Shown here in pieces: positions 11,475 through 25,040 of a DNA stretch of 64,000 bases. The notes beneath the pieces were generated by a model. That model had not been told where the DNA came from. It was given only the letters and a program-made list of their open reading frames with translations, and made no database searches. Position 1 is the first letter of the stretch; each line of letters starts with the position of its first letter. The position numbers and the translations under genes were made by a program. The stretch comes from Isurus oxyrinchus (Eukaryota): NCBI GenBank assembly GCA_026770705.1, contig JANJGN010000026.1, forward strand, positions 32,240,001 to 32,304,000. The letters are read 5' to 3'.

Positions 11475-12631
11475 GTTACTTCCTGAGTCTGTAACTCTGC
11501 AGTGCGAAGAAATCTTCTGTTGGAGCAGAAATGGAGATCCCAGTCCCGCTGCACTGTTGATACCACCAATGACAGGAATGGACCAGCGGCAGTAACTTCT
11601 CCAATAACACAATCAGGCCAGAACGACAGCAGCAAATGGAAGCTATGGGCGGGGATACCGCAGTTGTAAAACTGAGCAAAGTGCGCGGAGACTCTCAGCT
11701 GCACTTTGAGTGGAAATAGTGACGGTTGAATCTCCAGCAGCCTGTGACAATCTGCACCTGCTCACTGTTCACGTGGCTGAGAAGAAATAGAGTGAAAGGG
11801 GCATAAAGAGACCACGAGTATGAAGACATTGGAATCATAGAATATTATAGCAAGCAATGAGGGCTCTCAGTCGATGATGCCAGAGCCACTAGCTTGACTA
11901 TCCATAAGATGAAAGTAAAAACGAATGTTGCCACAGTGACTGAGGTTCCTACGTGGGATGTTTTGGACTGAGGTCAGAATGGCGTGAACAGCATGAGGCT
12001 GGATTCCCGACCCAGGCGCTGTAGATTTGTGACCTTCTCCCTTGTCCTGCCGGTGTTAGAGGTCATAGCGTGGTGAATCGGACCTGCCCTTTGGCAGAGA
12101 ACCGAAGAAGATACAGGTGAACCATCTCAGTTTACCTTGCCTATTCGCATAGAAGTCTCTAATCTCTGGTGTATTGCCTCTGCACTTTCCCCGAAGTCAT
12201 GACATTCTTTCTAATTCACCTCGCTCAGAATTGGACACTGACTTCTAGTCGATCGCTAAACAGTGATTTATGAAGATTTGACATCACATTCTGGTTTCAC
12301 ATCCTAAGCACAGTGTATAATCAATTTCAGTTTAGGTTTCTGGGAGACATTGTCTGATATTTGTCCTTTGATATGTAAACCAGTGAACACTGAATCCACT
12401 CAATGGCCCCATTCTTAGTGGATTGAACAGAATCCATTTGCAGAGGGCGTTACGATAAAGCATGGGCCTCACTGAGTCACGTGGTGGAAACGCGAAAGCT
12501 AATAGGGAAGATTTCCTGAGTGACGTCACAATGGGCCTGGCCCCCTGCAGTGTGTGGGTGGAACAATGAGCTGAACGGAGCCCAGGTTCCCGGTCTGCTT
12601 CTCAATCCCTGGCTCATTCTATTCACATTCA

Positions 12632-13156
12632 ATGAGAGAGATTCAGTCAGAGATGTTTCTGATAATTCTGGCAGCTGTGTTTTACAGTAAGTACTGGATG
12701 ATGTTCATCGAGACAGTTTAGAAGATTGATGCGAAGAGTTGTACTGGGATTTAATGTACTTAGCGGTCATATATGTTATGGACAGCTTGGTAGATGACTA
12801 TTTTTACACACAGCCAAATAAGTTTAGTTAGATTCTGTTTAACATCGTGCTTTTTTGTTCCTCTACATTCACTGGTGGGCTATTTGAAATTCAGTAACTC
12901 AATCTCCGATGACATCAATGGTGTCTGAAGGGGGCACGGTGCAGTTAGATTGCGAATTTACAGCCCAGGATTGTTAAAACTTGCGATGTTATCGGCAGAA
13001 CCCAGCACACACTCCAACTAGATTATTAGCAAAACAGTCGGCTTTAGGGGAAAGGAAATCTCCGTGCAATACCTGGCGACTGCTGACAAGTCTGGTTACC
13101 TCAATGTAAACGGACTGATTGTGGAGGGCAGGTTCGTCTATTACTAGGCAGTGAAG
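12632..13156 (+). pseudogene. TCR V pseudogene (V7), paralog of V20
   Basis: Leader (MREIQSE)MFLIILAAVFY ends at 12686. Acceptor AG->TG, frameshifts, and a stop at the Cys104 codon (YY*). RSS CACTGTG+23+ACAAAAGAT (13157-13195). Confidence 0.88.
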
Positions 13157-13294
13157 CACTGTGTCAGAGAAAAGCCAAGACTCGGCACAAAAGATTAAGC
13201 AATTGCTTACAGATCCGCTAGGTATTATTTGCTGCATTTATCTGCTGAGTTAGTTTGATCCCAGGCTCAGGGAGAACAAAGACTATCATTTTTT

Positions 13295-13652
13295 AATATT
13301 GTTGTCTTTATTTTGTCCCAATGAACAGGAAATCGGTTTGGGAAATCTACAGACTTATTTCCATGTTCCGAGCTGTATTGCCTAAGTAAATATCTCAGAG
13401 CTTCCCTGGATCATGATGGAGCAACGCGTGTAGAGGAATCTGTAGCTGAACATGATGGAGTGCCCTTTCAAGGACACTAAGCCAGACGGATCCTGGGGCA
13501 ACAGGTCTGTGTCACTCATTCCTGTAAAAACAAATGGAATGGGTTAAAAATCTAGGATTGAACATGATGCAGGGATATACAATTCCCCATTTAAACATAG
13601 ATTCACCAAGAAGCACGACCACTATTATCAGGGAAGTACATTGCGAACACAT
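13295..13652 (-). pseudogene. 3'-truncated V relic (V8; V14 family)
   Basis: Intact leader 13607-13652 MCSQCTSLIIVVVLL. Degenerate exon from 13521 (QDPS...RYLLRQYS...DFPNRF). No YYC or RSS. Confidence 0.78.
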
Positions 13653-13890
13653 GGTGCCTGCTTTAGAACTGGACAGACAATAACAGAATATTCAAAATAT
13701 GTCGACCCTTCTTGTCTGATATTCAAGAGCAAACCAAGATAGGGGCAGGATTCACTCATTGAAGACGGAGAGATGTTTTACAGTGAGTTGTAAAAAAAAA
13801 CGGCACTCTGGTAACGACACAGACTACAAACGTTCAGAATCAAATCCCACAGGTGTTTGTATGGTCCCTGTTGATCTTCGCTCCACTTTG

Positions 13891-14406
13891 TTTGTACTGC
13901 ACAAAAATAGGTGGCGGTGTCTGCCACGCAAGTGTCATGAACATTCTGAGCACTGTGCTTCTCTGCAGCAATGAACCTAGCCATGACCGTGTCCTGATCA
14001 CCTCTACCTCTCGCTAGGTGATGCATGGTTGGACCTGTGTATCGTCTGTAACATTGGAGGATCAGTCCTGCTACTGTGGTCCAATAGGTCCATGATGAAG
14101 TGTTTCCCTCGGTAACAACCACTGACTTAGGAAATTGCAATACCTCTTCATTGCCAGTTGTGTATGGAAGGAATATGCAGATGTCGAAATATATAATTAA
14201 TAAATAATATTATAAAATGCTATCATAATATAGTACAATAAAACACAACATTTTATAATACAATCAAGTAAAATCTAACCCAACATAACACAATGCACAT
14301 AGTATCAGGTGTGTAATATATTCCTGTCAGAGATAGTGGCCACACTCACATGTGGGCAGAGTAAGGAATTCAAGAGGATAAACACGAAAGTGAAGCTCAG
14401 ACTCAT
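13891..14406 (-). pseudogene. TCR V pseudogene (V9), paralog of V18
   Basis: Leader 14350-14406 MSLSFTFVFILLNSLLCPH. Acceptor mutated; Cys23 and Trp41 lost; ends DTATYFCAVQ. RSS CAAAGTG+23+ACAAACACC (13852-13890). Confidence 0.87.
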
Positions 14407-14611
14407 GCCTCCTATCGACTGTTGTAAAGTAGCTGTCGTCAGATCCAAGGCCCAGATGGTCTTCTGGGAAATGCAACGCTCTTGAGTATCAAACTGAGCC
14501 GAAGTGCAGTTTACACTGTAGCCGCCAGACACGGATCTCTGAGACTTGTGATCAGAAAGTGAAGTTGTGAGGGAGGCTTCAGCATTGATGAAGCTTGAGG
14601 GGAGGAGGGGG

Positions 14612-14716
14612 GGTGCGCATGCGTCAGAACATGCGCCTGTCTGACGTCAGACTGTACCCTCTGTGGCGTCAGTCTGTTGGATCTGTGACGTCAGAGCGTA
14701 GACTTCGAGACGCATG
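14612..14716. promoter_or_regulatory. CRE array plus NRF1-like site upstream of V9
   Basis: TGACGTCA at 14642 and 14686, TGGCGTCA at 14664, half sites at 14619 and 14708; GCGCATGCG at ~14615. Confidence 0.75.
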
Positions 14717-15135
14717 TCTGCAAACTCTGTGATATCAACATGTAATGATTACCTGACGTGCGTCTGTCTACACTGTAGACTGATATTTTAAACAAATTAG
14801 TACCTCCCTGTTTGCCATGAGCTATCTTTGAAACAGCGGTAAAACAGCAGAACTCGTTCCAGTAAAGCGGCTGGAGTTTGTTTTGCCAATGAGAATGGTG
14901 AGCAGCCAGTTTTGCCTTCACATCGTGAATGTCAAAATCAGGCGGAATCAATGGTTACAGGAAATGGTTTTAGATGATGTTTGTGTGGATTGTGCTCAGG
15001 GCCTGCGCTCAGAGGAATGGATTCACTTGTCAGTGTCTGACCCGCTGTGATAAACATCCCTCAGCAGACAGCAACTGTGACCCAGAAACCTGCGGCAGTT
15101 ATAATGTGAGGGTTTCACTCGTTCCCATCACTGTG

Positions 15136-15433
15136 AGACTCAGTGTACAGTAATAGACCGCGGTGTCAGACAGACGCAGCTCCGAGATGGTCAATCAGTA
15201 CGACTTGTATGACTGCTGGACTGTATCAGAAAACCCGCTCTGAGCGAAATCCGCCTTCAATTCCCAACTGCCGTCCGTGTATCTGCAATGCAAACTCGGG
15301 ATGTTTGCCGGGGTATTGTCGGCACCAGAATAAGTAATAACCAGCGTCGGTATAGGTGCGGTTTAAAGTGACATCCTCTCCCTCTGTGTGAGCGAGGATT
15401 CCCCATGAGTAACAGAATCTCCATCGCTCAGAT
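15136..15433 (-). pseudogene. TCR V pseudogene (V10), paralog of V16
   Basis: LSDGDSVT, frameshift, then EGEDVTLNRTY (Cys23->Arg)...YLFWCRQYP...stop...DTAVYYCTLS. CACAGTG at 15129-15135, poor nonamer. Confidence 0.9.
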
Positions 15434-16119
15434 CTGGAACGGGTCAGAATAAATCGTAGTCAGTGTTCCATTGAATTAGATAGCACTTGGAGCCTAGAAT
15501 AAAACTTCATTCGACACAATGGATTTCAATGTTTTACACCCCGACAGCATCCTCCACCTCTCTTCATCTCACTCTATGAGAATGCCCTTCCAACCCTTTC
15601 TACACAATCCTTTCATTTCGTTTCTCCCTAAGTCCATCGAGGTTATTCACCTCATCCCTCCATGTGACATTGATTTCCACAGCACTGACTCTCTCTGGGT
15701 AGTGCAGTTTGTCATCAGTCCCGCTTCTTAATATTTATCGTTTTCTAATCGTCCAGAGATGGAATAATTCCCTGAAAGACTAACATATGAAACAGCTTCA
15801 ATATTGCTAAAGACCTCTATCAAGTTGTCCCTCTGTCCTCGCGGTGCGAGAGGGAAGATCCCCAGCTTGAACAATGATTTCTGATAGTTATTGAATTCTA
15901 ATATCATCCTGGTAAATCGCTTTTTCCATTTACACCGTTGCCCTTATATCATTTTCCTAACACTCCAAGTCCGGTGTAACACTGCTCGGTACAAATTTAC
16001 AAGGAAGTATTTGCATTTGAGATTCATTCCTCTGAAAATCATTCATTTGAAAAAAAAATGTATTAATCTTCTTATCGATGCTGAATGTTATCCAGGCCAC
16101 AGCGAACAGGGGAAGCCGC

Positions 16120-16290
16120 AATGCTGTTGCTCCCGAACTCAAGAGAGAGATTTTGCATCTCAGGAACATGCAGAATGACCAACAAAAAGAGAGCGGATGT
16201 CACCACCTGCAAACTAGACTGGTTTGACGTCACTTCCTGCAGAAAATCGGAGCGGAAGGAGTTGGATCTTGTCTGATGTCACTCCATGCT
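16120..16290 (-). promoter_or_regulatory. Possible promoter/leader relic (CRE, ETS, E-box) upstream of V10
   Basis: TGACGTCA next to ACTTCCTG at ~16225-16240; a 46-nt ATG-initiated stretch MFLRCKISLLSSGAT lacks a GT donor. Confidence 0.4.
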
Positions 16291-16794
16291 CGATGTCATA
16301 GTGAGCTCCATGGACTGAGTCTGACTGCTCTGATCTTCCTTTGCAACAAGTGCGTTTTTATTTAAGGGAATGTGAAGATTAACACCACAGGGAATCTTCT
16401 GTGGAAAGCAGGAATATAGATCACCGCCATACTGCACAGCACCTCACAACAGACCCAAAGGAGGCAGGTGTGCGGAAATGTCTACAATAAAACTGGGCAA
16501 GCGATGCAGGTCCGAAGGAGAGAAGCAATGGGGATGCTGCGGACTGAGTGTTCAATGGATGTTCAAGCTGTAAAGAACTGAATTCAGTAATAATATCTTA
16601 ATTGACTATTATATAAGTCCGCATGTTTGCAATGGTCACGTGACTTTGCCATTGCCTGCGTGTCGGGACAAGCAGGACAGCGACAGGAATTGAAGAATTA
16701 TTATATGACTAAACTGCATCAATGGATGTGCACAGCTTATTTACACAGGACTCACAGGTGTCACGATGCAAATTTGGGAGCGTATGATATTCAC

Positions 16795-17905
16795 AGGATC
16801 ACAGAATTACAGTGCAGAAGAGGCCCTTCGGCCCATCGAGTCTGCACCGACACGTGAGAAATACCTGACCTACCTACCTAATCCGATTTACCAGCACTTG
16901 GCCCATCACCCTGAATGCTATGACGTGCCAAGTGCTCTTCCAGATAATATTAAAGGATGTGAAGCAACCCGCCTCCACCACCCTCCCAGGCAATGCATTC
17001 CAGACCATCACCACTTTCTGGGTAAAAAAGGTTTTCTGCACATCCCCCCTAAAACCCCTGCCCCTCACATTGAACTTGTGTCCCCTCGTGACTGACCCTT
17101 CAACTAAGGGGAACGGCCGCTCCCTATCTACTTTGTGTATGCCCCTCATGATCTTGCACACCTCGATCAGGTCGCCCCTCAGTCTTCTCTGCTCCAACGA
17201 AAACAACCAAAGTCTATCCAACCACTCTTCATAAGTTAAATGTTTCATCTCAGGCAACATCCTGGTGAATGTCCTCTGCACCCTCCATTGCAATCACATA
17301 CTTCTTATAATGCAGCGACCAGAACTGCACACAGTATTCCAACTGTGGCCTCACCAAGATTCTAGACAAGTCCAACATGACCTCCCTATTTTTGTAATCT
17401 ATGCCTCGGTTGATAAAGGCAAGTGTCCCTTATGCCTTTTTCACCGCCCCACTAACATGCCCCTCCGCCTTCAGAGGTCTCTGGACACACATGCTAAGGT
17501 CTCTTTGTTCCTCAGGACATCCTAGTTTCATGCCGTTCATTGAATACTTCCTTGTCAAATTGCTCCTACCAAATGGTACCACCTCACACTTTTCAGGGTT
17601 ACATTCCATCTGCCACTTATCTGCCCATTTGGCCATCCCATCTTTATCTTCCTGTAGCCCAAGACACTCAACCTCACTGTTAACCACCCGGCTAATCTTT
17701 GTGTCATCTGCAAACTTACCAATCCTACCCCCACATAGTCATCTATGTCGTTTATATAAATGAGAAATATTAGGGGACCCAGCACAGATTCCTGTGGTAC
17801 GCCACTGGACACTGGCTAAGGCATCCTTCTGCCTTCACCGTCTGTCTCCTACAACTAAACCAATTTTGAATCCATCTCATCAATTTACTCTGTATCCCAG
17901 ATGCA
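16795..17905 (-). mobile_element. CR1-clade LINE, 5'-truncated
   Basis: RT C-terminal remnants (SGVPQESVLGPLIFLIYIND, KWQMECNPEKCEV, LFSLEQRRLRGDLIEV) and 3' tail. Confidence 0.92.
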
Positions 17906-18016
17906 TTAATGGGGATAGAGATTAGTTCAAAGCAATTTTGCCATAATTGATATCGAGCAAGTTTCAGTCAATGTTGGTCGATGCGCGGTTTGCAAAAGTG
18001 GGAAACTGTGTTCTCT

Positions 18017-18035
18017 CACTGCCACCTGGTGGCCT
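18017..18035 (-). promoter_or_regulatory. CTCF-binding motif candidate
   Basis: Minus strand GGCCACCAGGTGGCAGTG. Confidence 0.72.
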
Positions 18036-18999
18036 GTCTTAACATTCTTAGTCCGGGCTTAACAGAACACGGTTATCTCGAAGTAATTCTGTGCAAAACC
18101 TTCCCATATCATATTACCTGTGAGTAGAGCCCATGTCCAGTGAGCTGCTCCATCAATGGGGATCTCTGGCACTGACAAGGGACTAAGGATAAATGCTTTG
18201 CTTTGGTTTTCCCATGTCAAATACTGCCCCCGTCAATGCTGTAATCAGAAGGATTTCACTCGAACCCCTGCCCCCTGCACTGCCCCCATCAACTGGAGAG
18301 CAACTGGGCTCAGCGCTGAATGGATGGATGATGGTCAGTTGATTGGGTGACACCTGCTGCCTTGGTCCAGGCCGAATAAATGGGCAGAGGGATCGCATGT
18401 CACCCATCATCGCCCCACTTCTGGACAGGAAGCCATTTAAGTTCAACCCGCACAGAGAAATGAATCAGTGGAAACGTTGGAGTAAAAAGATAATGCATAT
18501 CTTGACCCTGTGGGGCATGTGGACATAGATCATGATATCCGGGACCAGTTAAATGGAAAGAAAATTTAAGTTACTTTTATAAATGCAGGATAGCTGTATG
18601 TTTTGCAGTTCATTAATTCTCAAATTGGCGACCAGAGGCTCTGAATTTCCAATCGCCATTTCATCGGATTATTTTTATGTCCTGGGACCGTTGATATGAG
18701 GAATGACATTCACAACCAGCATCTCCCTATAAAAAGGAATTTGAAAAGTCCCCGAAGATGCATTGATTGTGCATATAGGTACACTGTTTTCACCCTGTAA
18801 GCAATGTGCAATTTCACATCACCTCCACCGGAGGACGCTATCGTCACATTTTTCTCACTCCTCCCTCAGGAATCAAGCAAAGTTCTCAAAAGTTTGTGGA
18901 AAGCCAAAGATTTCTGAAACCTGTTTAGAATTCAAGCGGTGTTTGTCGGATTCGGAAATAAAGTGTTTTTGAACTCAGTCTATTTTTTCTGGAAGTCGT

Positions 19000-19532
19000 G
19001 GTGAAAATACACCGTACAACAGTGAATAATGATCTAACTATACCGAAGGTTTCAATGCAATTAAAAATGAATGCTCTAATAACATTTCAAAGACTCATTT
19101 CGAAACTATAATCTTAAACATGACATCATGAATGAAGTCATATTCATACGAACATTTTGCCTGGGTTCTTGACTGTACCAGAACACGAAAAGGTTAAGGA
19201 GACTTGTTTCCAAGATGCAGGTCAGTGTGATGTTGTTTTCCTCTTTGCCCATTGTATCAGCAGCAGACGCGGCCAATGTGCCTTGGTTGCCCCATTCTAA
19301 AATAAAGTTAAGGTGCTTCTAACATAAAGGGATAGATGTTTTTGTCATCGGGGTCATCATCATCACCACCAAGCAGCATAATAAGCAAGCAGTACCATTT
19401 TATAAATAATAACATTTGGGTTACTGGGTTACTTATCAAGATGTCGGGGGATTGTGGATTTTTTTTTCTGGGAAGGAAATACTTACTGAGAAGTAACATA
19501 ATAATAAGGAGAGGTGTGATGCAATTCCCCAA
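19000..19532 (-). pseudogene. Highly degenerate V pseudogene (V11; V6 family)
   Basis: Leader 19487-19532 starts with TTG (LGNCITPLLIIMLLL). Exon from 19296: WGNQGT...ITLTCILETS...VFWYSQEP. The 3' half is scrambled (TVYF remnant near 19005). Confidence 0.8.
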
Positions 19533-19749
19533 GATGCTTCCTGACCTCTGCAATCCGCCCAGTTCTCTGTCAGGACTGGAATACAAATCCCGAACCCCTG
19601 TGCTGCTGATCCAACCAACATCAAACAGGGGATAGAGGCAACCATCCCTCCAATAACACAGGAAAGACAAGGGAGGTCAGCGTCAGAGAAACAAAGAGAA
19701 GCTGTGGGTGAGGCTGGCGCTGAGGTCTTGTCACACGTAAAATCCAGCT

Positions 19750-21650
19750 GCACAAAAGTGAAAGGAAAAGAGCAAGTGAGTGATGTTCCTCTAGAGAGTG
19801 AGGCTGGGGAATTAATAATGGAAAACAAAGAAATGGTGGACGAATTGAACAGGTGTCTTGTGTCTGTCTTCACTGTAGAGAATACAAATAACATCCCGGA
19901 AATAACTGGCGATCAAGAGGTGAAAGGGAAGGAGGAGTTTTAAAAAGTACAACACCAGGGAAAGGGAACTGGGAAAAGTATTAGAACCGAAAGCTGACAA
20001 ATCGCTGGCTCCTGGCGGACTTCATCTTAGACAGGGAAACGAAGATGCAGCTGGGATAGTAGATTCATTGGTTTTAATTTTTCAAAATTCCTTAGATTCT
20101 GGAAAGCTCCCAGCAGATTGATAAATAGCAAATGTAACACCTCTATTCAGGAAAGAAGGGAGGCAGAAAAGAGGAAACTATTGGTCAATTAGCTTAACAT
20201 CTGTTATAAGCAAATTGCTGGAATCTATTATTAAGGAGGTTATAGCAGGGCACTTAGAAAATCTCACTGCAATCCGGCAGAGTCAACATGGTTTTGTGAA
20301 AATGAATCTGTGTTTAACTAATCTATTAGAGTTTTTTGAGGAAGTAGCAAGCAACGTGGACAAAGAGAAACGGTGGATGTTGTGAACTTAGATTTCCAGA
20401 AGGTATTTTACAAGTTATTGATCTCCTAATAACACCAAAAGTTAGCACACGAAGCAAGAGTTCGTATTGTACAGGGTAAAATTTTGGCATGGATAGAGGA
20501 TATTTAGGTAACAGGAAACAGAGAATAGACAATAATTGATCATTTATGTGTTGGCAAGACACAACAATAGGAGTTGACCTGCCACTGGTATCAGTGCAGG
20601 GGCTTCAACTAGTTATAATCTATGTCAAGGACTTGGGCGATTGGACTGAATATTTTGTTGCTAAATTTGCTCATGACACAAATATAGGTAAGAAAGTAGT
20701 GAAGAGGACATAAAAAGCCTGCAAAGGGACATAGATTGGTTAAGTGAATGAGCAAAAAAATGGGCAGATGTGATGTAACGTGGGAGAATGTGGACAGCCC
20801 ATTTTGGCAGGAAGAATAGAAAATCGTAATATTACCTAAACAGAGAGATATTGCAGGGCAGTGAGTTACAGAGGGATCTGGGTGTCCTGGTCCATGATCA
20901 AAAAAATACGGTGCAAGTACAGCGAGTGGTAAGAAAGGCAAATACAATGTTGCATTTTATTGCAAGGTGGCTGGAATATACACATAGAGACGGCGTTTCA
21001 CGCCAGAGGGGTTTTGTTGTCCCGCCGAACTCGATAGAGTTTAGAATGACTCCCGCATGTGACGGCCCCATACCTGCCATGATAGGGAAGTTTCGTTATT
21101 GCTGATATTAGGGCATATAGGGTATTGCTGAGACCATATCCAGAGCACTTTGTACAGTTTTGGCCTCCTTATTTAAGAAAGGATATAACTGCATTGGAAA
21201 CAGTTCAGAGAAACGTCACTCGACTGATCCTTGAGATGGGGGGGTTATCTTATGACGAAATGTTGGACAGCTTGGGCGTAAGTGCACCTGAGTTTAGAAG
21301 AATGAATGTAATCCTATTGAAACAAATAAGACCATGAGAGGACTTGACAGAGTGGATGAGACCTATGTTGGGCAGGCCAGAGCCAGGGGGTACAGTTGAA
21401 AATTATGGGGTCTCTCATTTACGACGGAGATGAGGAGATTGTTTTCTCTCAGAGTGGTGCAGGCGGGATCATTGAATATTTTTAAAGCAGAGGTGGATAA
21501 ATTCTTGACTAACAAGGTAGTCAAAAGGTAAATGGGGTAGGCAGGAAAGTGGCATTGAGGCCACAATCAGATCACCCATGACCTTATTGAATGCCCGAGG
21601 AGATTCGAGGGGCCGAATGATTTACACGTGCTCCTAATTAGTGTGTTCAT
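19750..21650 (+). mobile_element. Degenerate CR1 LINE
   Basis: ORF2 remnants (ELIMENKEMVDELN, QRDLGVLVH, VQFWPPYLRKDI) with many stops. Confidence 0.88.
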
Positions 21651-22064
21651 AAAGACCTGAATTCACAAATAACTCACTAATCAGAAATTCGTTAATTCTG
21701 TCTCTATAAGAACTGCGTTACTTGCAATTTCATGCCAAATCTGAGACAAGCAGGCACGCAACAGGAATCAGGTAATTGTTGTTTGTCTCTATAGTTACCG
21801 ATAACTTCACGGTTGAAATCAGTTAAGGCAAGGGGCTGAATATGTCAGTGGGGAGCCAAACACATGGGCAACCCATCCAATGACCTGGAGCTGAACTGCT
21901 CATTAACACTGACCTAACCTGCTCAATTGTGGGTCTGTAAGCAACCGTCACATTGAAGAGCATAAATATGAGATCAAACACAATTTCTATGGAAGCAATA
22001 TAAATAAATTATCTGTCAGTGTTGGTTCTTGCAACGCAACAGACGGTGGGAATCCGCAGCCTGA

Positions 22065-22083
22065 TTTGCCACCTGGTGGTCGG
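22065..22083 (-). promoter_or_regulatory. CTCF motif ~40 bp downstream of the V12 RSS
   Basis: Minus strand GACCACCAGGTGGCAA. Confidence 0.68.
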
Positions 22084-22160
22084 ATTTAAGGAATCTCAAT
22101 TCGACTGATCTCACAGAACAAGGTATGGGCACGAGGTGACCAGAGGCCTTTTTCAAGGTG

Positions 22161-22400
22161 AACCTCAGCACACCGTAGGACACGGTGCTGTCAGCGATCT
22201 GCAGCCCAGTCAACGTGAAAGCAGCTATATTCTTTGGTGTTCCTAGAATGACTGAAAATAGACCTTTAACTTTGTTCCTTCCGAATTACGAAATGTGACC
22301 GAATTACGAAAGTGGGAGCTATTTTCTGGTTCTGACAATAAAGCTCCATGCAATACCTCAGATCCTGAATTTGAACAGAGGCAATTTATACTCATCAGGC
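22161..22400 (-). pseudogene. Degenerate V pseudogene (V12)
   Basis: VKGLFSVIL...AAFTLTGLQIADSTVSYGVLR followed by CACCTTG+23+GCCCATACC. Confidence 0.72.
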
Positions 22401-22959
22401 TTTCTTACAGACAGATAGATAGATAAATGTATCCATAGATAACTCCATCTTTTAAGAAAACTTTGCTCCAGAGGCAAAGGAGGGAGGGAAAGGTGAATTG
22501 ATAGATTTTATGGTGATGAGTGAGATGGAGATATAATGACACAGACCAGGATAGATAGCTGGGCTGAGAGGCGAATAGAAATATAGATCGATGAATAGAG
22601 GAGAATTGTATCAAGGTTGGAATGAGCAAATAGAAATAAAATCAAAAATGAATAAAGCAACAAAATAACAAAGTTGGAAGAACCATACATCGAAAACCCC
22701 AAACCGCAGTACTTCAGCGCTGGGATCCCGCATTTAACCTGGTGCTTCATGTTATTTGGTGCCTTTGTGCCAAAGGGCGAGAATACCTCATCAGTTCCTG
22801 CATCAGACAAGAGTCTGGTTTCAATGAGCCGCCTGTGGCTATTGGAGCTGCCAGCGTGAATCATCACTACATGTGGCCCGGGCAAGCAGTCTCTTGTGCA
22901 ATTTTGCTTTATCCCTGATATCTGAGCCAAAGACCTCGACAATGAGGATTCCGTCTTGT

Positions 22960-23103
22960 NNNNNNNNNNNNNNNNNNNNNNNNNNNNNNNNNNNNNNNNN
23001 NNNNNNNNNNNNNNNNNNNNNNNNNNNNNNNNNNNNNNNNNNNNNNNNNNNNNNNNNNNNNNNNNNNNNNNNNNNNNNNNNNNNNNNNNNNNNNNNNNNN
23101 NNN
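22960..23103. other. Assembly gap
   Basis: Run of N. Confidence 1.
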
Positions 23104-23925
23104 CTGCAAAAGTAAATCCTTCAATTAAACTTTATTCCCCAAAAGGGTTCCTGTCTAACCGTGTTTTGAAACTGTTGCTCATCATTAAGGAAACAACAAT
23201 TTCTGGGTGCTCTTGTTGCTAAAATTTTCGATTTCACAGCAATAGAAATCTAACAGACATTGCTACAGTGTCATAGCCTCAGGGTATTCTATTATAGAAA
23301 GTTTACTCTCGTACGCTTTTGTCGGTATCTCTAACTGTATTTAACTGCCTCTGCGTCTAATATTGTGTTTAGATGTTTGTCTTTCTCTCTTTCTGTGTTT
23401 GCCAGTTTGTGTGTATTTGTATGTGTTATTTGTCTGTGTGTAGCTGTCTGTATGTATGTATTTACCTATATTAGTATCTATTTTTGCGTTGATCTCTTTG
23501 TATGCCCATGGCTGTCGATTCCTCTGTGTCGGTAGGGTGATTCTGTGCTAAGTATAAGAATATGGAAGGTGCCTCTGGTCACTCACTAAAGAACGTACAA
23601 CTCAACCGATGAGACTTCAATATTCTCCATCAGGATCCTGCCTTTATAACGGCGCATGTTAGATTTGATGGCTGTGTCAGTACATGTCTGTGCACCTGGT
23701 TCTGTGCCGGTTTCCAATACTGTCCACGGGAGGGCAATCTATGATCACTTGCTAAAGATCACGTTTCGCTTCTACAGAAAGTGACTTTGAAGATGTAAGA
23801 CTAGGCGGGGAGAATAAATCCCAGACGATCACATACAGTCCCTGGTTCTGTTTAGTTTCTCCAATTTCAGGTCTGCTGCAGACAGAAAACATTTTCTCTG
23901 TTTATGGAGGTCAGTCTGGAACCAT

Positions 23926-24398
23926 ATGGCTGAAACGCTGTCTCAATCTGGTTATGTCCTGATCACAGGTCGGTCTGATTGAACATCCCTGCTACATTCA
24001 CCAATTCTCATATTATTTCTCATTTTCGGTGGTTATTTTCCTTCTGTTAGTCCATCTAACCCGCTGTGTTTCCGCTGTTTATTTTCAGGGATGAGTCATG
24101 GAGACTCAGTGTCCCAGTCAGAACAAGGCGTGGAAGCAGAAGAGGGTGAAGTTTCATCAATAACCTGCAGTTACTCAGCATCGAGTTCAGCTACAAGCTG
24201 TGGCCTGTTCTGGTGTCGGCAGTATCCAGAAGAAGCTCCACGATATATGATCTGAGTTAATAATTATGGGTATAATGGGACTGCTCCCAGCTTTGAACGC
24301 TTCAGCCGGAATTTCAACCCGACACAAAGCACTTTTCACTTGTCCATGAAAGATTTGAATATGACAGACAGCGCCGTGTATTACAACGCGTTGAGACC
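23926..24398 (+). pseudogene. TCR V pseudogene (V13)
   Basis: Leader 23926-23968. Exon from 24089: MSHGDSVSQS...ITCSYS...LFWCRQYP...in-frame TGA...DSAVYYNALRP. RSS CAAAGTG+23+ACAAAAACT (24399-24437). Confidence 0.9.
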
Positions 24399-24639
24399 CA
24401 AAGTGAATGAGGGCCCTTCGGGTCTCATACAAAAACTGGTGCAACTGGATAAAAGCGCCAGTGCCCGGAAAATACAAGGGGTTGCATCCCGGACAATATG
24501 TACAGACAGTGAATGTGACAATACAACCTGATACGAGCGTTTTCTCCCGTTCAGGCCAATGGTTGTTAGTGTTAGGAAATGTGGCATTTGGCGGCCATCT
24601 TAATCCAGGATCGAATTAACAGGTTTCCCGATCCCATTA

Positions 24640-25040
24640 ACACAAGCCTTGGAAGAATGCGAAATGATCTTCATGAAACATATAAGATTATTAGAGGGGT
24701 TGATAAGCTAGATGCTGGGAAAATTCATTTTTTCCTTTTAGGGGAGTCTAAAACTAAGGAGCGACAGTTTACAAATAAAGAGGATCCCATTTAAGGTGTA
24801 GGCGAAGGAGATTTCACCTCTCAGAGAGCCGTTAATCATTAGAATTCTCTTCCCAAGAGGCCGAGTCACTGAATATATTCGAGGATGAATTAGACATTTT
24901 TTTGATCTACGAGAGAATCAAGGGTTATGGACAGGAAAGTTACTCCAGCCATAACCCGGTCAGCCATCTTCTTATCGAATGCCAGATCAGGATCGAGATG
25001 CAAAATCGCCGACTCCTGTTGTTATTCCTTATAATCTTAT
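24640..25040 (+). mobile_element. CR1 3' fragment
   Basis: RMRNDLHETYKIIRGVDKLD and a CR1-type tail. Confidence 0.75.
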
